64,000 nucleotides of DNA from NCBI GenBank assembly GCA_002269645.1, contig NIVC01002417.1:112905-176904 (forward strand), written 5' to 3'. Positions 12,707 through 23,328 of this stretch are shown piece by piece. The first letter of the stretch is position 1, and each line of letters opens with the position of its first letter. The notes under the pieces were generated by a model. The model saw only the letters and a list, made by a program, of their open reading frames with translations, had not been told where the DNA came from and ran no database searches. The position numbers and the translations under genes were made by a program. Origin of the DNA: Macrostomum lignano (lineage: Eukaryota).

Positions 12707-13197
12707 CATTTTGGCGCCCCCTTGCCAGTAGCTTTGGCGCCACTTCTTGCCAGTAGCTTTGGCGCCCCCTTGCCAGTAGCTTTGGCGCCACCTTGCCAGT
12801 AGCTTTGGCGCCCCCCCCCCCTTGCCAGTAGCTTTGGCGCCACCTTGCCAGTAGCTTTGGCGCCCCCTCCTTGCCAGTAGCTTTGGCGCCTCCTTGCCAG
12901 TAGCTTTGGCGCCCCCTTGCCAGTAGCTTTGGCGCCCCCTTGCCAGTAGCTTTGGCGCCCCCTTGCCAGTAGCTTTGGCGCCCCTTCTTGCCAGTAGCTT
13001 TGGCGCCCCCATGCCAATAGCCTTGGCGCCCCAATGCCAGTAGCTCTGGCGCCCCCCCCCCTTGCCAGTAGCTTTGGCGCCACCTTGCCAGTAGCTTTGG
13101 CGCCCTCTTGCCAGTAGCTTTGGCGCCCCCATGCCAATAGCCTTGGCGCCCCCATGCCAGTAGCTCTGGCGCCCCCTTGCCAGTAGCTTTGGCGCTG
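12707..13197. repeat. ~22-bp minisatellite TTGGCGCCCCCTTGCCAGTAGCT
   Basis: About 21 copies; source of the QSYWQGGAK ORFs. Confidence 0.9.
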
Positions 13198-13228
13198 TCT
13201 TGCTAATTCAAATCGCAAATTTTTACAG

Positions 13229-14560
13229 ACATCCGGGACCCATTCAGCTGGCGCTAAGAAATTCCGACTGGCTCTGGTCGGTTCGGTCGGAGTTGGAAAG
13301 ACGTCCATTGTGGAACAGCTGATCTCAGCCGGCCTCGCGAAGCAGGTTTGCGATGACAAGAACCGATTTCAAATTCTGATGTCAGTGACATTTGACGGAA
13401 TAAAAGTATCGCTATCCATTCTTGATACGCCTGGAGCGGTGAGTCTGAGTCAATTCCAAATTTGTCTGCCGATTTTTGAGCAAGAGTTGGCCAGTGGGAA
13501 GGAGACCTGGACAAGATAGGTCATACTTTCACAAGATGGGTCATGCTTTCACAAGATGGGTCATGCTTTCACAAGATGGGTTATGCTTTCACAAGATGGG
13601 TGATGCTTTCACAAGATGGGTCATGCTTTCACAAGATGGGTCATGCTTTCACAAGATGGGTCATGCTTTCACAAGATGGGTCATGCTTTCACAAGATAGG
13701 TCATGCTTTCACAAGATGGGTCATGCTTTCACAAGATGGGTCATGCTTTCACAAGATGGGTCATGCTTTCACAAGATGGGTCAAGCTTTCACAAGATGGG
13801 TCATGCTTTCACAAGATGAGTCATTCTTTCACAAGATGGGTCATGCTTTCACAAGATGTGTCATACTTTCACAAGATGGGTCATACTTTCACAAGATGGG
13901 TCATGCTTTCACAAGATGGATCATGCTTTCACAAGATGGGTCACACCTGGACAAGTTGGGTCACACCTGGACAAGTTCGGTCACAACTGGACAAGATGAG
14001 TCATACCTGGACATGAGAGATCATTGCTGAGTGAGGAGTATCATAAGTCAAATCAAGCAGTTGCAGCAATTATAACAAATAAAAGCCTTTAAACAATCGC
14101 TTCGCAGCACGGACACGACCCGCACACAATATTCGACATGAGGCGTTTCAAGCCGGACGCCATTGTGCTTGTGTTCTCACTTGTCAGTCGTCGAACATTC
14201 AATGCCCTGCCGCACAGACTGCAGCTGATAAAGAATTTCACCAGCGTCAACTCAGACTGGCTTCTTCTGCTTGGCAACAAAACTGACCTGCTGCATCAAA
14301 AACAGCCGGGGCCCATCGTGTCCAATAAAGAAATTGACAGATTTCTGTCGGAGCATCCAAAAGCACGCTATCATGCCATATCTGCTCTGGGAGAGGATGC
14401 TACAAAATTAAAAAGCATTTTCAAACAGTTTGTTCAAACGATTACTACTACTGAAGAGTCTGTAGCTGGACCCAGCGGCGAGGCTCTGCTGCTTACTAAG
14501 CCGTTAGTGTTGACTTTTTGTAGCGTTGACAAGGGGAGGCGTTGCCGCCCATTCCGCTAA
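13229..14560 (+). CDS. Atypical Ras-superfamily small GTPase
   Basis: Exons 13229-13438 (tttacag|; KKFRLALVGSVGVGKTS P-loop; ILDTPGA|gtgagt) and 14108-14560 (ttcgcag|; DAIVLVFSLVSRRTF, LLLGNKTD G4, ISAL G5), phase 0/0. A start-codon exon ending ATG 12621-12623|gtgagc is phase-compatible (inference). Confidence 0.75.
13510..14012. repeat. 20-bp minisatellite ACAAGATGGGTCATGCTTTC in the Ras-like gene intron
   Basis: About 23 copies. Confidence 0.95.
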
Positions 14561-14865
14561 CCCCTGGCGACCACAAGCGCGCAGAGAGATCCCGTGTATC
14601 CGGTGTCCGCAGAGTTAAGAAGGTAGATGATCGCTCGCCCGGTAGCCCTTAGGTAGCGGACGAACTGGTAGGGGTTTTTGGGTCTAAAAAAGGTCGGAGG
14701 GGTCCGGGTTCGGACCGACATAGATGAGCCTGTCCTGAGTAAAGGCGGGGCATTAGTCCACCTCTCCCTGTGCTTAGAAGCCACCCACTGGTTGATCCGA
14801 GTGGCAGGGGACCAGTGAAAGACCCGGTAGAGCCAGCTTGGCCAGGCCATAGATCTTTGGGCCAA
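14525..14865 (-). mobile_element. Probable internally deleted 3' fragment of an RNase H-bearing LINE
   Basis: Minus-strand ORF INQWVASKHRERW...FFRPKNPYQFVRYLRATGR resembles post-RNase H and C-terminal LINE ORF2 segments. Its putative 3' UTR end loosely resembles that of the LINE at 63.35 kb (ttgacaaggggaggcg vs ctgacggggggtgcaggcg). Confidence 0.45.
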
Positions 14866-15022
14866 TGAAATTAGGCATAGCTAGGTTTTAAAGCTAGTTG
14901 ACAAAACGAGGGTTTTGCCATAGACAATTTCATATGTAAAGAGCTTATAGCTTCAGTTTTACATCTTAAAATCATTTTCTGTCTGTGTAGTCACTGTAGT
15001 GAATACTTTCCTGTAGCACCCA

Positions 15023-17090
15023 ATGGCTGATTTCGTTGCGCAAGGCATGGGGGTCCTTGGACATCAAGGTGTCAATGCCAGGTCAGCACTTCAGCATGGA
15101 GGAGAAAGTAAACAGGGCCTTATAGTCTGCTGTGGCTGATTCAATAGAATGTCATACAATTATAAAATAAAATAACTCCACCCACAGCAAAGAGTACCAC
15201 TCCTGTCAGGTCAACCTGCCCAACAGTGTCGGCATGACTCCGCTGATGCTGACAGTTGCTGAAGGACGAGTTGACGCAATCGACGTGCTGCACAGGATGG
15301 GCGCAGATTTGGATATTGAGGTGTGGCTTGAAAAATCGGTTTTTAACTGGCCTATATTGTTTCGCTATCGCACTGAATCAATTGGCTTTTTGGCCAAAGA
15401 CATTTTTTATCTCTTTATCCGCGACCATTGATGATGGCGTTTATCGATGATATTGAAAAAAATAATAAATATTTTGATTTTCCACTCGATTTTCCTAGAA
15501 ATGACCTGAGCAGGGGTTGGAAAACTTTTCACCTCCAGGGCCAGGTAGAGAACCTAGCGCATGATTGTGGGCCAGAGGAGGGGAGAGAGAAGAGTGAGAT
15601 AGACAAGAGAAATAAAAGAAAGGAGTGGCAAGGGAATAAAGGAAGAGAGATGACGAGATGGGTGATGATGATAATGATGAGTGGAGAGGAGAAGAGAGAA
15701 GAGGAGAAGAGAGAAGAGGAGAGGAGAGGAGAGGAGAGGAGAGGAGAGGAGAGGATAGGAGAAGAGAGGAGAGGAGAGGAGAAGAGAGGAGAGGAGAGGA
15801 GAGGAGAGGATAGGAGAGGAGAGGAGAGGAGAGGAGAGGAGAGGATAGGAGAAGAGAGGAGAGAAGAGGAGAAGAGAGGAGAGGAGAGGAGAGGAGAGGA
15901 GAGGAGAGGAGAGGAGAGGAGAGGAGAGGAGAGGAGAGGAGAGGAGAGGATAGGAGAAGAGAGGAGAGGAGAGGAGAAGAGAGGAGAGGAGAGGAGAGGA
16001 GAGGAGAGGAGAGGAGAGGAGAGGAGAGGAGAGGAGAGGAGAGGAGAGGATAGGAGAAGAGAGGAGAGGAGAGGAGAAGAGAGGAGAGGAGAGGAGAGGA
16101 GAGGAGAGGAGAGGAGAGGAGAGGAGAGGAGAGGAGAGGAGAGGAGAGGAGAGGATAGGAGAAGAGAGGAGAGGAGAGAGGAGAAGAGAGGAGAGGAGAG
16201 GAGAGGATAGGAGAGGAGAGGAGAGGAGAGGAGAGGAGAGGAGAGGAGAAGAGAGGAGAGGAGAGGAGAGGAGAGGAGAGGAGGGGAGAGGAGAGGAGAG
16301 GAGAGGAGAGGAGAGGAGAGGAGAGGAGAGGAGAGGAGAGGAGAGGAGAGGAGAGGAGAGGATAGGAGAGGAGAGGAGAGGAGAGGAGAGGAGAGGAGAG
16401 GATAGGAGAAGAGAGGAGAGAAGAAGAGAAAGGTGAGAGAAGAAAGCTAAGTAGAGACACAAACTTTGAGGGGGCCGGATTGCTATTGTGAAGTTTTAAG
16501 AACCCTAGGTAAGACCAGATAGAGAGGATTTGCGGGCCGGAGTTGGCCGACCACAGAGCTACAGGAATGTATACGTCTTAAGCATTTCTAACAAAACGGA
16601 GCACAATGTCTTACTTCGGTTGTGTTTTCTTTGTTTAGCCAGACATATCGCTGCCCCTTGAATGTTGTCTTCTTGACCTTGAATCACGGCATTAACTTGA
16701 GTCTATACATTTCTTGTGAACTTCTGTCGCGGGTTCAGTACAGACTTTACCGCCCTTAAAAACCTATCGTCCAAACCGTGTCAGGACAAGCTGAGCTTCA
16801 CCGCTCTGACCCACGCATCCGTGCGCAACAACTCGCCGGCTGTGACAAAACTGCTCAAGCTTCAAGCTAGACCGGATCCGCAGGACTTTTGCGGCAACAC
16901 GCCGCTAATCTGGGCGGCCAGGTGCGGCAACGCGGATGTGATCAGGGAGCTGCGCGACAGCCTGACAGATTTGCGCCAGTGGTTGCACAAAGGCGAATAC
17001 GAAATGGATGCCAGGGAATGGGCTGAATATTTTGGTCACAATGAGTGCAAGAGCATCATTGATGAGAGGTACGAGTACACTAGCTCATAG
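15023..17090 (+). CDS. Ankyrin-repeat unit (3-4 repeats): stand-alone gene or prodomain of the downstream caspase
   Basis: Exons 15023-15081, 15188-15320 and 16785-17090 (or to donor at 17068), phases consistent. Motifs GMTPLMLTVAEGRVDAIDVLHRMGAD, SFTALTHASVRNN, GNTPLIWAARCGNADVIREL. AATAAA at 17103 follows the stop at 17088-17090. Confidence 0.8.
15682..16430. repeat. (GGAGA)n purine pentamer array in the ankyrin intron
   Basis: Seen directly; source of the GEERR / SSPLL ORFs. Confidence 0.95.
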
Positions 17091-17185
17091 AGCTTTTCGC
17101 TTAATAAAGTTAGGATTCTATGTGAATTTTGTATCCTACATACATGTCCTGTGCCTAAAATTCATAAAACTGGCACAGCAGTGAC

Positions 17186-17345
17186 TAGACAACCCACGAT
17201 AGATCCTAAACAATGTCTAGACAACCCACGATAGATCCTAAACAATGTCTAGACAACCCACGATAGATCCTAAACAATGTCTAAACAACCCGCGATAGAT
17301 CCCAAACAAAGATATCAACCCAGGATAGATCCTAAACAATGTCTA
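17186..17345. repeat. 32-bp tandem repeat GACAACCCACGATAGATCCTAAACAATGTCTA
   Basis: About 5 copies between the ankyrin and caspase exons. Confidence 0.85.
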
Positions 17346-17502
17346 GACACAACCCACTAATCGATGCAGTGCCCAAACAATCCACTTCTTTCTAAAGGAA
17401 GTCTCAACCCAGTTTAGATAAGACTCTCTGCCAGATCACCGTCTGTTAAATTAAAAATCTATCCTATCTTATACCGATCACAACTCAAACCTTTCATGTC
17501 AG

Positions 17503-20500
17503 AGTCAAACAGTTGATGCAGTTGGATGCCGCAGCATCATCTGACCCTGTCCAACCCCAAATTGAAACGGCTGGTGCTGATGCTGAGTTGGCATCTGATT
17601 ACATGCATCCGGCGATAGACGCACGAAGGCCTTGGTACACAATGCAATCGCACAGGTGAGATGATAGCCATCTGAGTTCTCATCATTGGTTTTATTACTT
17701 GAGCAAGCAATTCTCCTAGGTGTTATTCTCTGCGATTCTCCTCAGACGTGGCTACGCCATGATAATTAACATAATTGACTTCGAAGACGAACTAAATCTG
17801 ACAAAACGACACGGCGCTGAACTCGATTTTCATGAAGAGTTAAAAAGTCTCCTTCACGCGTTTGTTAAAATAGGCTTTGAGACGAAATATTTCGAGAATA
17901 AGTAAGTTGATTCAGTGTTACAATTTCTACATACTGCTCGAATTCTCGCAATAATAGACATCTATTAACTGCTTTCTTCCTCTGGACCACGACATATTAA
18001 GGAAAAGAAATTAGCATTTAAAAGAAGAGAGAAGGTTATCTATCTATGTTTACTATTGCTCGCCTAGCATACCCGTTAATTGTGACTTCGAAATTCCCCC
18101 CACGTATAAGCTTCAGTCTATGGTCTCCATTGCCAAGACCTCAGTCGCAACACAGTATATGGTCTCCATTGCCAAGACCTCAGTCACAACACAGTCTATG
18201 GTCTCCATTGCTAAGACCTTAGTCGCAACACAGTCTATGGTCTCCATTGCCAAGACCTCAGTCACAACACAGTCTATGGTCTCCATTGCCAAGACCTCAG
18301 TCGCAACACAGTCTATGGTCTACATTGCCAAGACCTCAGTCACAACACAGTCTATGGTCTCCATTGCTAAGACCTCAGTCGCAACACAGTCTATGGTCTC
18401 CATTGCCAAGACCTCAGTCACAACACAGTCTATGGTCTCCATTGCCAAGACCTCAGTCGCAACACAGTCTATGGTCTACATTGCCAAGACCTCAGTCACA
18501 ACACAGACTATGGTCTCCATTGCCAAGACCTCAGTCACAACACAGTCTATGGTCTCCATTGCCAAGACTTCAGTCACAACACAGTCTATGATCTCCATTG
18601 CCAAGACCTCAGTCACAACACAGTCTATGGTCTACATTGCCAAGACCTCAGTCACAACACAGTCTATGGTCTCCATTGCCAAGACCTCAGTCACAACACA
18701 GTCTATGGTCTCCATTGCCAAGACCTCAGTCACAACACAGTCTATGGTCTCCATTGCCAAGACCTCAGTCACAACACAGTCTATGGCCAACTTTGTTGTT
18801 TAGGCCACAGATTCTATATTACCTCGTAGATGTGTCAAGCCAAGAACATGGATGAAGGAATCATTCCATGTTATTCCTTCATCCATGCTCCAGCATTCTG
18901 GAATATACGAATATAGAATCTGTGGACTATCTGATAGGTCTTATACGAGATACGAGTAATACCTATCAAATGGAGCCCTATCGCTAACCTGGAACTTGAA
19001 ATTATTTACAGATGTGCCGAATTCTTCAACAATCTGATGTCGAACACTGACTGGCCATTAAATGACTTCAATGAGCACGACGCCTTCCTGTTGTGCATAT
19101 GCAGCCACGGCGGCGAAGGATTCGTGTACGCCACCGATGGAAAAGTGAAGTTGGAAGACGTTTTCAGTCAGGTACATGTATATTTGTACTAATATTAATA
19201 ATTGATTACACCTGCCCCAATTGGGCCAGATACGCTCGTATTGTGCAACCGACAGCTCAGCTGCAGCTATTGTGCGCGGCGCATCTGAAGGCTGCGTACG
19301 GCTGTTCAGTCCAAGGACTGGGAGGGGGTCACCACACACCCTCAATTCTGGTACCATTTTACAGCTGTTTGAACTGACAAAATGCATGAGTTAAGTGTCT
19401 TTCTCAAGAGCACAAATTGTTTTGAGTGGATCGAGAATCGAACCCCCGACTTTTCTGTCGTGAGTCCGACGGTCTAACCCCTAGGCTACAACCCCTCAGT
19501 CAGGTATAAGTATAAAATTACTTTTGATATTATAGCTATTTGTAGTCTGTACTTTAAAGCTACGGGAGTGTTTAGCAATTAACTTTAAACTTAATAAGCT
19601 CGGAAGTTCCATATCGTCGAAAAAAATTTCTGATCAATCTGCTTAGCTTTTAAAAGCGATCCATGGCTACCCTTAAGTAGTCACCTGTCTTACAAGCAAA
19701 TAAACTAAAAAAATCACAAGCTCTCATTTCTATCTCTTGAACCTCAGTGACGTAAAATTTTCGGTAAGGTCATCATCGTATTTTAAGATGGTTCCTTAAT
19801 ATTTGAGAAGCTTCCTAAGTTGTCTGGTGAGCGCAAATATGTAATTAATTCAAATTTGGTGAAACTTTCGTTATTCTCGGCAGCTTCTTGCGTTTCTTCG
19901 TAAATCTAAGACCAAGGACTACTAAAAGTATAGAAGGTTGCAACACTCGAAATCTATGAAAAATGTTTTGAAGGCCACTTTTCCAAACTATGTCTTTTTT
20001 CGTTGGGACCTTCGAAATTTGTTCTCCTTTTTAAATAACACTATTCTTAAGGCAAACCCTTTTTTCAACAAGGTATGCCTTACTATCTAAAATTATTGTA
20101 GTTACGTGCGATTAGCCGTGTAGAATCTGTAAACAAATAAACAAAATGTTTGTTTCAAAGCGGCAGTATCCAGCAAAATATTTATCTAAAGTGGACTTCA
20201 AAACTTTTTTCCATGAAATGTGAGTGTCGCGTCCTGTATTTATGTTGCTCTCTGGTTGTCCTTGGCTAAGACAGGCCCAACCTTGTCGTAAAGTCTCGAA
20301 AATTAGGCCTATGTACAGCTGCAGTTGCTGTGCGGGTTGGAGCTTATGCGACGATACTTTTCGATAGCTTTATAGAATGGACCCTCTATCTCCAAAGCTT
20401 AAAGATCATACGTGGTCGAAAAAAAATTCTTTTGTGGAATTGTTTCAAAGCAGAATATGCGGATTATTTGTCCTTGTTACATTTGGTTCCCCAAGCCTAA

Positions 20501-23328
20501 TTAAGCAACACAAATTTATTTTGCAGGTGCGGCGAACTAACGGACTCAAAAATAAACCGGTGCTGTACCAACGTAAAGTTAGCCGCATGCCCAGCCTCAC
20601 ATTTTTTAAAACAGCTTGGTCCACCCGTGGAAATGACTTAAATCAAAAGTTTTTCGCTAGACTAGCTTGGTCCAGAGGGTTTCAGACCTTCCCAAAGTAA
20701 AGCCTTGGTTCTAGACACAAAATAAAATTCGTCAAAGCCGGAAAAATGCGGCTGGACCATGGGCTGGAATCCCGAGAGTGTAGGATACGCTGAAAGTCTG
20801 GTCCACTTGCGGAATCTCGATTTCCTATCTATTTTGCATATTTTGGTACACGTTTGAGGCAAATCGGTTGGATAACAAAAATTCTACAGGCCTCCAAAGT
20901 TCGGAATTCTAACAAATTGGAACATTTCCCTTTCTGTGGCTTACGGAGGGTTACAAAATCTTGGTCCACAAAAGGAATATGAAACTACTACATCTGTTCT
21001 TTGATTTGACATAAGAAATGACCGTCTACACTCCTGTATTGCTGAGATATAGCCGCATGAACAATGTACCGTCAGTTGAGCACATTGTAAAAAATAATCG
21101 TAAACGCATTAAACGCATTAAAACGCATTTTCGTGCGCGAAAAAAGAAAAAAAATTTAATAAAGCATGCGCCATTTTGATTGCTTAAATTAATTTCGAAT
21201 GCCATTGGCATTTCAAATACCAATATATCAAAAACGGTTTGTCTTTACTGTTATTTTTCATATTTAGTCCAAATTTATAAAATAGATATAGCTATACCAA
21301 ATGGAAGAAAAATACAATACCAAAATACCAAGCTTTGTAGTAAGCATTAGACAGTAAGTTTAGTTTAAAAGCTATAGTGTAGCCAGTGGAAAAAAGCACA
21401 AGCCCATTGTGCCTGTGTTTATAGGACTCTAAGTAGGCTAGTTTATTAAATATTTCTGACAGGGCTCTAGAGACATTTGTTTACTGTGGCAGTGTGAAAA
21501 TATTTATAAAGCAAGATATAGAAAGAAATACAAAATGTCTAATGGAACCAATAGACATTACAAACTAATTGTTTTATTATGGCTTTATTACTTTGAGTTT
21601 GAGTAGCCTATATTCATAAGAAATTATTATTGGGATTTTTATACCCTCCTACACTTACTTTCTTAAAAGACAATATTTGGAATAAAATCTAATTAATTTA
21701 TTATATAGAAATTAATTTAAGCAATCAAAATGGCGCATGCTTTATTAATTTTTTTTTCTTTTTTCGCGCACGAAAATGCGTTTTAATGCGTTTAATGCGT
21801 TTACGATTATTTTTTACAATGTGCTCAACTGACGGTACATTGTTCATGCGGCTATATCTCAGCAATACAGGAGTGTAGACGGTCATTTCTTATGTCAAAT
21901 CAAAGAACAGATGTAGTAGTTTCATATTCCTTTTGTGGACCAAGATTTTGTAACCCTCCGTAAGCCACAGAAAGGGAAATGTTCCAATTTGTTAGAATTC
22001 CGAACTTTGGAGGCCTGTAGAATTTTTGTTATCCAACCGATTTGCCTCAAACGTGTACCAAAATATGCAAAATAGATAGGAAATCGAGATTCCGCAAGTG
22101 GACCAGACTTTCAGCGTATCCTACACTCTCGGGATTCCAGCCCATGGTCCAGCCGCATTTTTCCGGCTTTGACGAATTTTATTTTGTGTCTAGAACCAAG
22201 GCTTTACTTTGGGAAGGTCTGAAACCCTCTGGACCAAGCTAGTCTAGCGAAAAACTTTTGATTTAAGTCATTTCCACGGGTGGACCAAGCTGTTTTAAAA
22301 AATGTGAGGCTGGGCATGCGGCTAACTTTACGTTGGTGAAGCTGTTCGTGGTACAGTCGTGCCGCAACCTGGATACGGATGCAGATCAAGTTCAAGAGAG
22401 CAGGCCAGATGCAGTCCACTACAGAAATCAGCAGGACTGCTTCTACGCCTACAGCGTTGTCGAGGGCTATTTGTCGCATCGACATCCGGAGCGCGGCTGC
22501 CTGTTCGCTCAGGTGCAGGGGCGTCGCCATGAATTTTGGTGGGAGGGGGGGGGCGACAAAGCAAAGAGTTTTACATGTACATGCACATGACTAAATTCCT
22601 ACAAGTACGAGAGTACATTATTTTGAGAGTCGGTTTTGTCAGCACTCATTTTGACGTCGCAGGCACTCATTTTGACGTCGCAGGCACTCATTTTAGCGCC
22701 GCAGGCACTCATTTTAGCGCCGCAGGCACTCATTTTAGCGCCGCAGGCACTCATTTTGGCGCCGCAGGCACTCATTTTAGCGCCACAGGCACTCATTTTA
22801 GCGCCGCAGGCACTCATCTTAGCGCCGCAGGCACTCATTTTAGCGCCACAGGCACTCATTTTAGCGCCACAGGCACTCATTTTAGCGCCGCAGGTGCTAT
22901 ATTTAAGCTCCCTGAAACAAAATTATTGCTTTCCACAACGGGTCACAAGGTGGGGTGGGGAGGACAAAGCTTGGTATGTACTTCCCATAGCTTTCACTGG
23001 GTGGGACATGTCCCCCTTGTCCCCCCTCCCGGTGGCGAAGCTGTGTACAGCTGTGAAACACAAAATATTGAATCAATCAGCTCTACTGTTGAAAAATTTC
23101 TGATGATAAAAGAATGATTTTCTTAATTTGAATTTCGAGGCCCTCCGCGACGTTCTTCTCGACGAAGATATCGACCTTCGTGAGGATGAATTCACCAGCT
23201 TATTTCCGGCAGTAATTCACCGGGTAGCCATTGAGACAAACGACAAACAGATTGCCTGCACAAAGAGTACATTGAGGAAGCTGTTGTACTTTCCACCGCT
23301 GCCAAGCTGCCCCAGTTGGGTATCTTGA
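17503..23328 (+). CDS. Caspase (peptidase C14A), interrupted by a transposon in the catalytic-Cys exon
   Basis: Exons 17503-17655 (WYTMQSHR), 17746-17901 (RGYAMIIN...KRHGAELD...GFE), 19012-19171 (DAFLLCICSHGGEG, catalytic His), 20527-20558+22338-22512 (NKP-KLFVVQSCRN, catalytic Cys; DCFYAYSVVEGYLSHR..RGCLFAQ) and 23140-23328 (KQIACTKSTLRKLLYF). All junctions are GT-AG and phase-compatible. Confidence 0.9.
18113..18787. repeat. 39-bp tandem array (~17 copies) AGTCTATGGTCTCCATTGCCAAGACCTCAGTCACAACAC in a caspase intron
   Basis: Seen directly. Confidence 0.95.
19195..19497 (-). mobile_element. tRNA-derived SINE (~300 bp)
   Basis: Minus strand: A box TAGCCTAGGGGTTAG, B box GGTTCGATTC, then TGTGCTCTTGAGAAAGACACTTAACTC (resembles conserved central SINE domains), then a tail ending in an AT-rich run. 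The anticodon arm does not pair properly. Confidence 0.7.
20567..22337. mobile_element. Non-autonomous foldback-type DNA transposon, 1771 bp, 630-bp TIRs, imperfect 8-bp TSD
   Basis: Arms 20567-21196 and 21708-22337 are near-identical inverted copies (the identical 66-aa ORFs at 20662- and 22042+ confirm this). Termini ACCAACGTAAAG...CTTTACGTTGGT. Flanks GGTGCTGT (20559-66) and GAAGCTGT (22338-45). Excision leaving one TSD restores K-P-K-L-F. Confidence 0.9.
22516..23045. mobile_element. Possible old hAT-like MITE carrying a 21-bp array
   Basis: Degenerate ends CAGGGGCGTCGCCA...TGGCGAAGCTGTG with internal G-run and C-run; putative TSD only 5/8 (CTCAGGTG/TACAGCTG). Confidence 0.3.
22631..22893. 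repeat. 21-bp tandem array GCAGGCACTCATTTTAGCGCC (~12 copies)
   Basis: Seen directly; source of the MSACGAK ORF. Confidence 0.95.

Noticed and set aside
15428-16462. GEERR and SSPLL repeat ORFs
   Set aside because: Translations of a (GGAGA)n array within the ankyrin intron.
18120-18803. 227-aa mucin- or antifreeze-like repeat ORF
   Set aside because: 39-bp array inside caspase intron 17902-19011; flanking exons join in phase without it.
19425-19497. Functional tRNA gene
   Set aside because: Anticodon and acceptor stems do not pair, and it continues into SINE-like body sequence.
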